A stretch of 64,000 nucleotides of DNA, from NCBI GenBank assembly GCA_944322575.1, contig CALUPK010000003.1, positions 22,388 to 86,387 on the forward strand, in the 5' to 3' direction. Under the pieces are notes generated by a model that saw only the letters and a program-made list of their open reading frames with translations, made no database searches and was not told the origin of the DNA. Both the position numbers and the translations under genes were made by a program. Positions 1-9,157 of the stretch are shown here, piece after piece. Source of the stretch: an uncultured Bacteroidales bacterium (lineage in GTDB: Bacteria > Bacteroidota > Bacteroidia > Bacteroidales > UBA932). The first letter of the stretch is position 1. Each line of letters starts with the position of its first letter.

Positions 1-24
1 GTTGAGGTCTTTGCCCGGACTGGA

Positions 25-597
25 TTATTGTTCCCTGAGAGTAATGCGGCATCCGTCGAGGCTGTCTACGATGGCGAGGCTCTGGATGTTGTAGCCCATC
101 TGCCGCAGGCGGTCGCCGCCGCCCTGGAAGCCTTTCTCAATGATGAATCCCATGCCGGCGATGGAAGCGCCTGACTGGCGGGCGAGGTCGATCATGCCCA
201 TGGCTGCATTGCCGTACGCTAAGAAGTCGTCGATGAAGATGACGCGGTCGGAGGGGGTGAGGAAGTTGCGGCTGATGCAGACGGTGTAGGTGCGGTCCTT
301 GGTGAAGGAGTGGACCTCTGAGATGAGCATGCCGTCCATGGTGCTGGGCTGTTTCTTCTTGATGAAGACTACGGGCAGCTGGCGGATGTAGCCGAGCATG
401 ATGGCAGGGGCGATGCCGCTGGCCTCGATGGTGACTATCTTGTTGTAGCTGACGTTGTCGAAGCGGCGGCTGAACTCGCGGGCCACCTCGTACATCAGGT
501 TGGGGTCGAGCTGGTGGTTGAGGAAGCTGTCCACCTTGAGGATGCCTCCGGGCAGGGACCGGCCGTCCTGGAGTATGCGGTCATCGAGCAGTTTCAT
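25..597 (-). CDS. xpt: xanthine phosphoribosyltransferase
   Basis: 190-aa ORF that resembles Bacillus-type Xpt along its full length ([27 protein letters not shown] loop [13 protein letters not shown]). Confidence 0.93.
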   Translation of the reverse strand: MKLLDDRILQDGRSLPGGILKVDSFLNHQLDPNLMYEVAREFSRRFDNVSYNKIVTIEASGIAPAIMLGYIRQLPVVFIKKKQPSTMDGMLISEVHSFTKDRTYTVCISRNFLTPSDRVIFIDDFLAYGNAAMGMIDLARQSGASIAGMGFIIEKGFQGGGDRLRQMGYNIQSLAIVDSLDGCRITLREQ

Positions 598-632
598 GGG
601 ATGGTGTGTGATTAATTGTCGCGAATATACAT

Positions 633-640
633 TAATTTTG
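633..640 (+). promoter_or_regulatory. candidate Bacteroidota -7 promoter box (TAATTTTG) for the ADH gene
   Basis: Exact TAnnTTTG match 7 nt upstream of ATG 647, in the divergent xpt/ADH gap. It would give a near-leaderless mRNA. Confidence 0.3.
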
Positions 641-646
641 CGCTCT

Positions 647-1684
647 ATGAAAGCCTATACGTATCTTGGACAAGGAAAGGCGGCCCTGCTCGACAAACCG
701 GAGCCGCAGCTGCAGGGACCGCGCGATGCCTTAGTGCGGGTGACCCTCGGGAGCATCTGCACGAGTGACCTGCATATTCTGCACGGAAGCGTGCCCCGGG
801 CCGTGCCCGGGATTACTCTCGGACACGAAATGGTCGGGGTGGTGGAGGCCGTCGGCTCTGCCGTGGGCTCTGTCCGGCCGGGCGACCGGGTGGCGGTCAA
901 TGTGGAGACGTTCTGCGGCTCGTGCTTCTTCTGCCGTCACGGCTATGTGAACAACTGCAGCGACCCGCTCGGAGGCTGGGCTCTCGGCTGCCGCATCGAC
1001 GGCGGTCAGGCGGAGTACGTCCGGGTGCCGTACGCCGACCAAGGGCTGACCCGCATTCCGGACGGAGTGAGTGATGCTCAGGCGCTGTTTACCGGGGACC
1101 TGCTGGCTACCGGGTTCTGGGCTGCCCGCATTTCTGAGATCGTTCCTGAGGAAGATACCGTCCTGATTATCGGTGCCGGACCTACCGGTATATGCACCCT
1201 GCTATGCGTGATGCTACGCCTGCCCCGTCGCATCATTGTCTGTGAGAAATCCCCGGAGCGCAGGCGTTTTGTCCTGGAGCATTATCCAGAGGTGGTGGTG
1301 ACCGACCCGGAGCACTGTTTGTGTACTGTTCTGGAATATAGCGCACATGGAGGTGCCGATACCGTTCTGGAGGTGGCCGGTACGGAGGAGACCTTCCGTA
1401 TGGCCTGGGAGTGTGCCCGGCCCAATGCCGTCGTGACCATAGTCGCCATGTACGACCGTCCGCAGGTGCTGCCCCTGCCCGACATGTACGGCAAGAACCT
1501 GACGTTCAAGACCGGCGGCGTGGACGGCTGCGACTGCACGGAGATCCTCCGCCTCATCGCCGACGGCCGTCTCGACGCCACACCGCTCATCACCCACCGC
1601 TTCCCCCTCAGCCGCATCGAGGAGGCCTACCGCCTCTTCGCCTCGCACGCCGACGGAGTCATCAAGGTCGCTGTCGAGCCGTAG
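647..1684 (+). CDS. zinc-dependent alcohol dehydrogenase family protein (MDR superfamily)
   Basis: Catalytic Zn motif [12 protein letters not shown], structural Zn Cys cluster [15 protein letters not shown], Rossmann GAGPTG. I moved the start to ATG 647 (MKAYTYLG) because the track start at 455 overlaps xpt. Confidence 0.9.
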   Translation: MKAYTYLGQGKAALLDKPEPQLQGPRDALVRVTLGSICTSDLHILHGSVPRAVPGITLGHEMVGVVEAVGSAVGSVRPGDRVAVNVETFCGSCFFCRHGYVNNCSDPLGGWALGCRIDGGQAEYVRVPYADQGLTRIPDGVSDAQALFTGDLLATGFWAARISEIVPEEDTVLIIGAGPTGICTLLCVMLRLPRRIIVCEKSPERRRFVLEHYPEVVVTDPEHCLCTVLEYSAHGGADTVLEVAGTEETFRMAWECARPNAVVTIVAMYDRPQVLPLPDMYGKNLTFKTGGVDGCDCTEILRLIADGRLDATPLITHRFPLSRIEEAYRLFASHADGVIKVAVEP

Positions 1685-1696
1685 CGCAGCCCTGCC

Positions 1697-2222
1697 CGGC
1701 CTCAGAAGCCTCTCTCGCCGGTTTTGCCCAGGATGTCAGTCCGGAAGGTGCCGGGGCAAACGGCCTTTCTCCGTCACCTTCTCGAATTCGTCATGATCGG
1801 CCCGTCCTCAGAAGCACCTCCCGCCAGTATTCCTGATTTCAGTTGACTGGAAGGTGCCGGGGAAAGTGCCTTTTCTCCACCACCTTCTCGAATTCGTTAT
1901 GATCGGACCGTCCTCAGAAGCACCTCTCGCCAGCCCTGCCCCGTATGCCCATCCGGAAGGTGCCGACGAAAGTGCCTTTTCTCCACCACCTTCTCGAATT
2001 CGTTATGATCGGACCCGCCACAGAGGCACCTCTTGCCAGGCCTGACCCGTATGCCCATCCGGAAGGTGCCGACGAAAGTGCCTTTTCTCCACCACCTTCT
2101 CGAATTCGTTATGATCGGACCCGCCACAGAGGCACCTCTTGCCAGGCCTGACCCGTATGCCCATCCGGAAGGTGCCGACCAAAGTGATGTTGACCCGTCA
2201 CCTTCTGGATTTCGTTGCCGGA
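1697..2222. repeat. tandem array, 106-bp period, about 5 units (repeat family A, GGAAGGTG/CACCTTC hairpin core)
   Basis: Unit starts C[CT]GGAAGGTGCC at 1741, 1847, 1953, 2059 and 2165. Units 1953-2058 and 2059-2164 read as identical. A partial unit abuts the ADH stop. Confidence 0.9.
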
Positions 2223-2309
2223 TATTTTGTATTTTGTCAAAAATAATTTGCATGTATGTAAAATATACTTTACATTTACACAAGTAAAATTTACATAAAT
2301 AAAACAGAT

Positions 2310-2774
2310 ATGAAAACTAAACATTATCTTCTTTCCTACAAATGGCAGACGGCAGGATGGATACTCCTGGCTGTTGCCTTAATGGTGACTTGTCTAATTG
2401 TTGGTGTAGGACTTTACATGACGATGAGCGAGGCTGTTACGAAACTATTTGTCGCGGCTGTTTATGTCGTGACCGCTGTTTCACTGCTGCTGATAGCATT
2501 TTCGGAGGAGAGGCAGGAGGACGAATTCATTAAGTCGCTGCGGGGAAGGTCGCTGGCTGCTGCGGCTTGCGTGGCATTTGTGCTGTCCATAATCTGGTTT
2601 TGCGTGAGCAATGTAGGCCAGATGTATCTCCCTTTGCAGAAGGGTGACGATCTGTGGTGGAAATTCAGCTTAGTGGATAATTATCTGTCAATCATCCCGA
2701 TGTTCTTCCTTTACATCGTTATTTTCAAAGCGAGTCTGTGGGTCTATAGATGGAGGAGCCGCCATGAAGAATAA
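2310..2774 (+). CDS. small integral membrane protein (about 4 hydrophobic helices), unknown function
   Basis: 154-aa ORF with an ATG start after an AT-rich leader. Its stop overlaps the start of the downstream HTH gene. Confidence 0.6.
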   Translation: MKTKHYLLSYKWQTAGWILLAVALMVTCLIVGVGLYMTMSEAVTKLFVAAVYVVTAVSLLLIAFSEERQEDEFIKSLRGRSLAAAACVAFVLSIIWFCVSNVGQMYLPLQKGDDLWWKFSLVDNYLSIIPMFFLYIVIFKASLWVYRWRSRHEE

Positions 2775-2955
2775 CATCCGTGTCGAGAGGGCTGTCCTGC
2801 GCATATCTCAGCAGCAGCTGGCCGAGGCCGTCGGAGTCTCCCGCCAGACCATTTACGCCATCGAGAACGGGAAGTTCATTCCCTCCACCGAGCTGGCACT
2901 GAAACTTTCGGCCTATTTCGAGAAGACTGTCAATGAGCTTTTTCAGCTGGGTTGA
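2764..2955 (+). CDS. XRE/Cro-family helix-turn-helix transcriptional regulator (YozG-like small HTH)
   Basis: 63 aa. Classic HTH_3 pattern: LRISQQQLAEAVGVSRQTIYAIENGK. Confidence 0.85.
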   Translation: MKNNIRVERAVLRISQQQLAEAVGVSRQTIYAIENGKFIPSTELALKLSAYFEKTVNELFQLG

Positions 2956-2957
2956 TT

Positions 2958-3317
2958 ATGCAGCCGGGATTGAGCATTAAGCAGAAAGCGAGTCTGACGG
3001 CTATGTATGCCAGAAATTTCCTGATGGTATCGGGGATATGCAGCTTGTCTGCGTTCATTGCTCTGGCGGTGATGGACGCGGATAGGGCCGGACTCGCAGC
3101 AATGGTCGGGATGCTGTCGCTGATGAAGCTGTTCCTGACCGGGATACTGGTGCTGCTGAAAATGTTGGACCGCGGCCGGGGCGACCGGGAGTTTTTCTAT
3201 ATCAATCTCGGACTTTATCCCCGCCGGATGACGGCTGCGGCTGTGATTCTCGACCTTGCGGTATATGCCGTGGGGCTGACCGTTATAATCTTGATTAAAA
3301 ATGCCCTGCAGTACTGA
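2958..3317 (+). CDS. small membrane protein, unknown function
   Basis: About 119 aa from ATG 2958 (the track TTG at 2952 overlaps the HTH stop). Three or four hydrophobic segments. Its end overlaps the ABC ATPase start. Confidence 0.55.
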   Translation: MQPGLSIKQKASLTAMYARNFLMVSGICSLSAFIALAVMDADRAGLAAMVGMLSLMKLFLTGILVLLKMLDRGRGDREFFYINLGLYPRRMTAAAVILDLAVYAVGLTVIILIKNALQY

Positions 3318-4038
3318 GACACATAAAGTGCATACGCTGCTCGCCGACAGCATAACCCTCTCTTTCGGACGGCAGAATGTCCTGAACGGAGCCTGGCTGC
3401 GGTCTCAGACCGGCATGGTCACGGGGCTGCTGGGCCGCAACGGGAGCGGCAAGTCATCGATGTTCCGTGCGGTGATGGGGCAGTTGAAGGCTCAGAACTG
3501 CTTTGTGCGGGTGGACGATGAAACCGTCTCGGATGCCTTGCAAGGCAGCAGCGGTTCATGGCTGCCGTGGTCCGTGACCGGAGGCCTCTTCCGGAACGGC
3601 TCCGTGGCCCGCTGTCTCAAGTACCTGCCTCAAGGCACCTTCCTGCCGCCGAAGATGACCCTGCGCCGGATATTCGAATATTACGCGATGGACTACGGAG
3701 AACTCTCCGAGGCATTTCCCCAATTCGCACAATATCAGGATGCCCAGGTGCGGGAACTGTCCTCTGGAGAAGTGCGCATCGCCGGGATATGGATAGTGCT
3801 GTGCTCCCCGGCTCCGTTCTGCATCCTCGACGAGCCGTTTTCCTTCCTCGCCCCGGTGGCGGTGGAACGGATTCAGGACCTCATCCGCCGCCAGAAGTCC
3901 TCCAAAGGCATCATCCTCTCCGATCACAACTACAACGCCCTCCTCGAAGTCTCCGACGAAGTCCTCCTGCTCTCCGACGGCTATGTCCATCAGGTCCGGG
4001 ACCGCAGCGACTTGGTGCGGTACGGCTACTGCCGATAG
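3301..4038 (+). CDS. ABC transporter ATP-binding protein
   Basis: Walker A GRNGSGKSS, ABC signature LSSGE, Walker B ILDEPFSFL, H-loop-like SDHN. Confidence 0.85.
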   Translation: MPCSTETHKVHTLLADSITLSFGRQNVLNGAWLRSQTGMVTGLLGRNGSGKSSMFRAVMGQLKAQNCFVRVDDETVSDALQGSSGSWLPWSVTGGLFRNGSVARCLKYLPQGTFLPPKMTLRRIFEYYAMDYGELSEAFPQFAQYQDAQVRELSSGEVRIAGIWIVLCSPAPFCILDEPFSFLAPVAVERIQDLIRRQKSSKGIILSDHNYNALLEVSDEVLLLSDGYVHQVRDRSDLVRYGYCR

Positions 4039-4313
4039 TCTCCGCACTCTTCCATTTCTTTTCAATCTGTAATGAACTCTTTTTGCTATATCGTTGATTA
4101 AAAGGTGCTTTTGTAAATTTTGCAAAAACAGACACAGAGGTGTGTTACGGGCTGCTATGCTTAAAATATGCCTCAAGGGTGTCTGTGATGGGGGTGAGAA
4201 TGTTTTGTGTCAATCAGTCTGTAGTGGCGTAAATCTGATAACCATCAGTATTCTACTAAGATACATGAAGCTTGTGAAAACAGATGGGGTGGAAGGATGT
4301 CGAAAAAATTCTA

Positions 4314-6536
4314 CTACTTCAAAAGATTCAACGCATATTCTATCTGTGTATCGGTGCCGGCTGCGATATCATCAACCTTCTGTGGAACTAGGTGGTCAAT
4401 CCTTACACCGCAGCGCTGACACTGTCCTCCGTCCGGGTATTCGACTCCTGCACCACCGATTTGGAAGACAAAGTCTCCAGGCAGGGAAAGCCGGACCACA
4501 TTGCCGTCGGCTCCTGCGGTCGTACTGCCGACTGTCGTGACTTGCGGAGAACGCTGCATCTGCATTACGAGGTATTCGGACGCACTTTGGGTCCGGTTGT
4601 CTACCAGCAGCACGATTCTCCTGTCCGGGCTGTAGTTGCGTCCGCGCCCGGTCATGTCGGAAATCCGGTGGGTGAACAGGCCGGGCCGCATGATATCCGA
4701 TGTGACAGCAAGTGCTATAGGGCTGGATGAGGGCATAAGGGACATCAGCCACATCTGCGCTGCATTCATGGGATAGTTCCGCAGGTCGACTATAAGCCTG
4801 TCGTATTTCAGACATTTTCGGAAATCATACGCGGATATGTCTTCTGCATGGATGTAGGCGGTCGAGTCATCAATTATAGTGAAAGGCTGGAGTTCCTTAC
4901 CTCTGAACCATGTTAGGGTGGACTGCCTTATTCCGCTGGAGTACAATGCTCTGCGGAATTTTCTGAAAGGCATCATCGCGGGTTTGAGAGTCAAGGTGTC
5001 TCTGTCACGGATTACAGTGTAGACTGCGTTTCCCCGGGCGGAAAATGAGATACTCATGGCCATATCGCGCTGAATACAGCCGGGGTTGGAGGCAGCAGTC
5101 AGTTTACCCTTTCTCTCAATAAAGGCAGGAATTGACTCTCCATTGACAGCAATGACAGCATCGCCGCGCTGCAGGTCGCCGGTATCGGAGCGGCAAGTCC
5201 ATGTTACAATGTATTTTCCGTCGGCATATATCGTGGAGATGAACGGGGCTGTAAACTTCATGTCATCGGGGACAGCGACTGTCCTTATCAGTTGCCGTAG
5301 AAATCCCCCCGGCATATATACGGCAAAGGAGTGCGAGTCATCGGTATAAACGGCCATGGAACTGAGGACATTTCCGTAACTTCCCCGGTCGGATACCTGC
5401 ATCATGGCCGGTACAGCATAAAGGAGCACCTCTTCCCATGGGCGGTCGGCCAGTTGCCTGTATGGGTAGAAATATTGTACATAGTTCCATATACGGAAGA
5501 CAGCCAGCAGTTTGACCCCGGCATCATCGAAAGACATGCGCGGATAATCCCTCTCATTGCGGTCTTCAAGGGTCTGAATATACGGAACCTGATACAGATA
5601 CCGGCACCAGGGGCTGCGTTCGGCTGCCGCTGTCTTTCTAAGGATGACGGAAAGTTCCCGGCCCAGTACGGATTCGTCAAATATCCATCTGAGTGCATCA
5701 CAGGATGTTATCCATGCGGTATCCTCAGATGTCCGGATGTTTCCGAGACTGCGGCACCATTCTGCCAGAGTGCTGTTCCGCTGAGCCGGCCTAGCATCCA
5801 GGACTGCCGGAATCATCCTGAATAATTCCCTGTCCCAGTCCATGCATCCTTCCCTGACAGCCGGGTGAAAATATTTCAGGAAACCCCAAACCTTTCCCAG
5901 GACGATAAGATTTTCCACCTGTGCCCGGGACAGTTCTGGGTCAGCAAGAAAAACTCCGCTGTGTCTGATATTAGTAAGGCGTGGTATTTTCTTATCGGTG
6001 TTGACTGTCATGACTTCCTCGCTTGAAGGAAACAGCACATTCATTTCTCCTATCCATATTTTCCCCGTTCCCTTTATACTCACCTCGCAGTCGAATACCT
6101 CAGCCTGTCTGCACAGCGGAACCTCCAGCCTGAACTCCTGCCACTGCCTGGAAGAAGCGGCGGAAAGGACGTGGTGAAATTCTGCAATATGCTGTGTTTT
6201 TCTGCGGGCGGGATTGTCCCATAATCTTACAGTGATGTCCACTTCTCCGTCGAGCGAGTCAATGCGGACGCGCCCGCTGACGTGCATCTCGCCGCGACGG
6301 GCATTGACCTTTCCTGAAATTCCGGCCGACGGATAGAACCCGGACAGCCTCAGTGCCGGGCGGTTATTGGGCAGTATGCCTGTATCCAATGATGAGGATG
6401 CAGTATCCCGCAACCATTCCCAGGCAGAGGGCGGGAGGGTGGACGTGCTCCGGAAATCTGCCGCCTGAAAGCTTTGCCCTATGGCCGGAAAACAGCAGAT
6501 GCAGAGTGAGAGCAGATATAGAGCCGGAAACTTCAT
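4314..6536 (-). CDS. S41-family (C-terminal processing/tricorn-like) secreted serine peptidase
   Basis: 740 aa. Signal peptide MKFPALYLLSLCICCFPAIGQS. C-terminal S41-type block VLLVDNRTQSASEYLVMQM...GSTTAGADGNV. Confidence 0.82.
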   Translation of the reverse strand: MKFPALYLLSLCICCFPAIGQSFQAADFRSTSTLPPSAWEWLRDTASSSLDTGILPNNRPALRLSGFYPSAGISGKVNARRGEMHVSGRVRIDSLDGEVDITVRLWDNPARRKTQHIAEFHHVLSAASSRQWQEFRLEVPLCRQAEVFDCEVSIKGTGKIWIGEMNVLFPSSEEVMTVNTDKKIPRLTNIRHSGVFLADPELSRAQVENLIVLGKVWGFLKYFHPAVREGCMDWDRELFRMIPAVLDARPAQRNSTLAEWCRSLGNIRTSEDTAWITSCDALRWIFDESVLGRELSVILRKTAAAERSPWCRYLYQVPYIQTLEDRNERDYPRMSFDDAGVKLLAVFRIWNYVQYFYPYRQLADRPWEEVLLYAVPAMMQVSDRGSYGNVLSSMAVYTDDSHSFAVYMPGGFLRQLIRTVAVPDDMKFTAPFISTIYADGKYIVTWTCRSDTGDLQRGDAVIAVNGESIPAFIERKGKLTAASNPGCIQRDMAMSISFSARGNAVYTVIRDRDTLTLKPAMMPFRKFRRALYSSGIRQSTLTWFRGKELQPFTIIDDSTAYIHAEDISAYDFRKCLKYDRLIVDLRNYPMNAAQMWLMSLMPSSSPIALAVTSDIMRPGLFTHRISDMTGRGRNYSPDRRIVLLVDNRTQSASEYLVMQMQRSPQVTTVGSTTAGADGNVVRLSLPGDFVFQIGGAGVEYPDGGQCQRCGVRIDHLVPQKVDDIAAGTDTQIEYALNLLK

Positions 6537-6542
6537 GGACAG

Positions 6543-8138
6543 TTAAAGCAGTTCTTCAATAATTCTGACCGCATCCTCATAGCTCCCGATTTCTGCCGGA
6601 ATATCCGGTTGCACTCCTGTCCCGTGATGCCTGCTGCCGTCGAGGTTGACGGCCTTGACCGCTGTCATCCGGAAGGGGAATGCGGGGAGCGGGAAGGTGC
6701 TGGCGTCGCCGTTGGTGCCGGTGGTGGACGAGCCGATGACGGTGCCGAGGCCGTAGCCATTGACCAGCATGAGGACGGTCTCACACCAGCTCATGCTCTC
6801 AGGGCCGCAGAGAAAGTATACGGGCAGGTCAATGCGGGGTGCCGCAGGCCGGACGAAGTCATCATGGCTGTCCCAGCGCAGGTGCATCCGGTCCGGAAAG
6901 CAGGACAGCGGGGTGTGGAAGAGCGGGGCGGTATTCAGGGCTGAGTCCGTCAGGTGGGCCAGTACACGATCGAAGTCCAGTGCGGGATATTCCCTCAGAT
7001 CAAATGCCACCGCGCGGTACTCTCCGGCAGTGATGGAGTCCAGATAGGGAAGGAATTCCTCATAGCACTCCATGGTCAGGGAGGGGTTGAATATCAGGAT
7101 GCTGTCGAAGACCTCCGCCCTTACCTCCGCTTCCGTGCCGGCGGTGTCCGCAGCCGGAGCGGCCGTCGTGTTTGCTTCCGCAAGGTAGTATGAGACAATG
7201 CCGAATCCCGGGTGGAGGGAGGCGGAGATGTCGAGATGCGCGTCCCGGACCGGCCCCATTGTCCTGATCACAGCCTCACGGTAGGTGAGAATGTCCTCCC
7301 GGGAAAGTATCCCGTTCTTCAGGGTGTCCACCGCCTCGATCATTTCCGGAAGGTGGGCCTCCCACTGCAGGCCGTCCTCCTCGTGGTAGGGGTAGAAATG
7401 CTGGACAATGTTCCACCTTGCCGCGATGTCCGCCATGCGGAAGGCCTTTTCGCCCAATATTCCCTGCAGCTGCCTGCGCTTGTTGCCGCCGTAGGAGCGG
7501 AGGGCCTGTCTCCATTGTCTTTCAGCATCTTTGCGGAGGCCGGCCGTGGCTTTCTTTGAAAATGCGGCGGCGCTCTCTGCAAGGGGAAGGTTCAGCCAAA
7601 GGCTGTCGCTGACGCGGAAGGAGTAGATGGAGTCGGGGCGGGGCAATTCCGGAGCGGGGGAGGGCGTGCATTGTACCAGTTCCTTGTAGAACGGGCGGTA
7701 GTCCCTCAGCTCCTTCATGAAAATCCGCGCATAGGAGGGAATCTGCACTTCCCCGCTGCCGTGGTGCAGCCAGTAGCGGTACTCCTCTCTTGTGAGGTCG
7801 TCCGCAAGTGTGCGTGTGGCAGGCTGCGGCTGCCGGGTGAGGGTCGCGTCCGGGGCCAGTACCTCGAGGTAGGGCTGCAGCACCGTTTCCAGTGTCTGCC
7901 CCTGTTCCAATGCCTTGAAGCGGGAGTATTCGATGAAGAACCAGTCGAAGCTGTCCCAGCCGGCGGTGTATGGGTTCGGGGAGTAGTAGCGGACGATGCC
8001 GGTGATGCGGGTGAGGGCATGGAGGTCGCTTTTATGTGCTGCAGTGCCTATGGCGGCAGGGTGGGCAGCGGACTGTAAGCAAGGGCCGGTGAGGAATAGG
8101 ATTATGAAAAGTGCCGTGATAACGTGATAAAGGTGCAT
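6543..8138 (-). CDS. S41-family peptidase paralogue
   Basis: C-terminal block VYFLCGPESMSWCETVLML...GSSTTGTNGDA parallels the neighbouring gene. Start placed at ATG 8138 (MHLYHVITALFIILFL, signal-like) rather than 8210. Only 6 nt separate it from the downstream paralogue. Confidence 0.72.
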   Translation of the reverse strand: MHLYHVITALFIILFLTGPCLQSAAHPAAIGTAAHKSDLHALTRITGIVRYYSPNPYTAGWDSFDWFFIEYSRFKALEQGQTLETVLQPYLEVLAPDATLTRQPQPATRTLADDLTREEYRYWLHHGSGEVQIPSYARIFMKELRDYRPFYKELVQCTPSPAPELPRPDSIYSFRVSDSLWLNLPLAESAAAFSKKATAGLRKDAERQWRQALRSYGGNKRRQLQGILGEKAFRMADIAARWNIVQHFYPYHEEDGLQWEAHLPEMIEAVDTLKNGILSREDILTYREAVIRTMGPVRDAHLDISASLHPGFGIVSYYLAEANTTAAPAADTAGTEAEVRAEVFDSILIFNPSLTMECYEEFLPYLDSITAGEYRAVAFDLREYPALDFDRVLAHLTDSALNTAPLFHTPLSCFPDRMHLRWDSHDDFVRPAAPRIDLPVYFLCGPESMSWCETVLMLVNGYGLGTVIGSSTTGTNGDASTFPLPAFPFRMTAVKAVNLDGSRHHGTGVQPDIPAEIGSYEDAVRIIEELL

Positions 8139-8242
8139 TTTGCGGAAAGAGGGGGATTTGAACCCAGGGAACAGATCGTGGTGATTGCTGTGCTTTGTTC
8201 GGCGGTACATGGGGACGTGAAGTTTTAACTATTATTTGCGTT

Positions 8243-8461
8243 TCACTCTTCCGAACTTTCCGCGCGGTATTCGAGGATGTCACCGGGCTGGCAGTCGAGG
8301 GCACGGCAGAGGGCCTCGAGGGTGGTGAAGCGGATGGCGCGGGCCTTGCCGGTCTTGAGTATCGAGAGATTGGCGGGGGTGATGCCGACTTTTGCGGCCA
8401 GCTCGCCGGAGGACATCTTGCGGCGGGCGAGCATTATGTCTATGTTTACGATTATTGCCAT
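8243..8461 (-). CDS. XRE-family helix-turn-helix transcriptional regulator (YozG-like)
   Basis: 72 aa. MLARRKMSSGELAAKVGITPANLSILKTGKARAIRFTTLEALCRALDCQPGDIL matches the small YozG-type HTH pattern. Confidence 0.85.
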   Translation of the reverse strand: MAIIVNIDIMLARRKMSSGELAAKVGITPANLSILKTGKARAIRFTTLEALCRALDCQPGDILEYRAESSEE

Positions 8462-8473
8462 GGTATTTGTTTT

Positions 8474-8953
8474 TTAGATAGTCAGCTGGTTCTCCTCACT
8501 GACTCTCACGGCAATTCCGTAGATGAGGGAGAATGCCAGGAGTATCAGAGGCAGGAGCAGGTCGGCATTGTCGATAGTGAACAGCCTTTCGGAATGGAGT
8601 ACGATGCCGATATTGGAGTGACAGATGTTGTAGACGAGATTGACGGCTGAGGCTGCCATCAGGATAAACGTGTTGGCTTTCGGAAAGAGAATCCCGGAGC
8701 GGACACCCAGCAGCGAGCGGATCATGAACACGGCCAGCAGTGCATCGAAAACCAGTCCGGCCGTCAGCCAGCCCCAGAAAATAAAGCGCTGCAGGCCGAG
8801 TACCTCCTGATTCCATTGCGCCCGTTCCATATTCACTCCGTACAGCCCGGCCATGCCGCCGCCCTGAATGATGATGTACGCCGCGTTGCTCAGGCATATC
8901 AGGCAGACCAGAACGGTCACTGCTATTAACAGAATTCTTGTGTTTCTTTTCAT
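8474..8953 (-). CDS. DUF2975-like membrane protein (usual partner of YozG-type HTH)
   Basis: 159 aa from ATG 8953 (MKRNTRILLIAVTVLV). Four hydrophobic helices. Lies immediately upstream of the HTH on the same strand. The 312-aa track ORF is an unlikely 5' extension. Confidence 0.72.
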   Translation of the reverse strand: MKRNTRILLIAVTVLVCLICLSNAAYIIIQGGGMAGLYGVNMERAQWNQEVLGLQRFIFWGWLTAGLVFDALLAVFMIRSLLGVRSGILFPKANTFILMAASAVNLVYNICHSNIGIVLHSERLFTIDNADLLLPLILLAFSLIYGIAVRVSEENQLTI

Positions 8954-9129
8954 AATTCGGTAAATTTTTATTGTTAATCGATATGCAAATATAATGATTT
9001 TATCGAAAAACAATAAATGATCTGAAATTTTCTTGATGTTACGTCTTTTTGCTGTCATAGAGCGTAATCCGTATATGCGGTGCGTACCCTCGCAGTTTTT
9101 GAACGCGTACAATTTTGCGGTAAAAGTTT

Positions 9130-9137
9130 TACTTTTG
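9130..9137 (+). promoter_or_regulatory. candidate -7 promoter box (TACTTTTG) for the aspartyl protease gene
   Basis: Exact TAnnTTTG match 20 nt upstream of ATG 9158. It lies inside the second copy of a perfect 15-bp direct repeat TTTTGCGGTAAAAGT (9113 and 9133). Confidence 0.35.
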
Positions 9138-9157
9138 CGGTAAAAGTATCCACAATC

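Noticed and set aside
455-646. N-terminal extension of the ADH ORF.
   Set aside because: It overlaps xpt on the opposite strand and has junk-like composition. ADH homology starts at MKAYTYLG (ATG 647).
1697-2222. A possible CRISPR array (also considered for 13575-14042).
   Set aside because: The entire 105/106-bp unit is conserved from copy to copy, so there are no unique spacers. The period is too long for a repeat-plus-spacer unit, and there are no cas genes in the window.
1854-2287. Small ORFs of 63-84 aa inside the 106-bp array (repeated PFLHHLLEFVMIGP peptides).
   Set aside because: The period is not a multiple of 3, so the same DNA is read in shifting frames. These are artefacts of the repeat.
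2216-2309. An AT-rich leader with short direct repeats (ATTTTGT x2, TTTACA x3), considered as an operator for the XRE regulator.
   Set aside because: The repeats are short and AT-rich, as expected by chance in a promoter region, and there is no dyad symmetry I could defend.
8141-8167. A tRNA-like T-arm/3' end on the minus strand (GGGTTCAAATCCCCCTCTTTCCGCA).
   Set aside because: The 5' side of the T-stem does not pair (CTGGG against CCCCC), and no D-arm, anticodon arm or acceptor stem can be drawn upstream. At most it is a tRNA 3'-fragment remnant, with no integrase or other mobile-element gene nearby.
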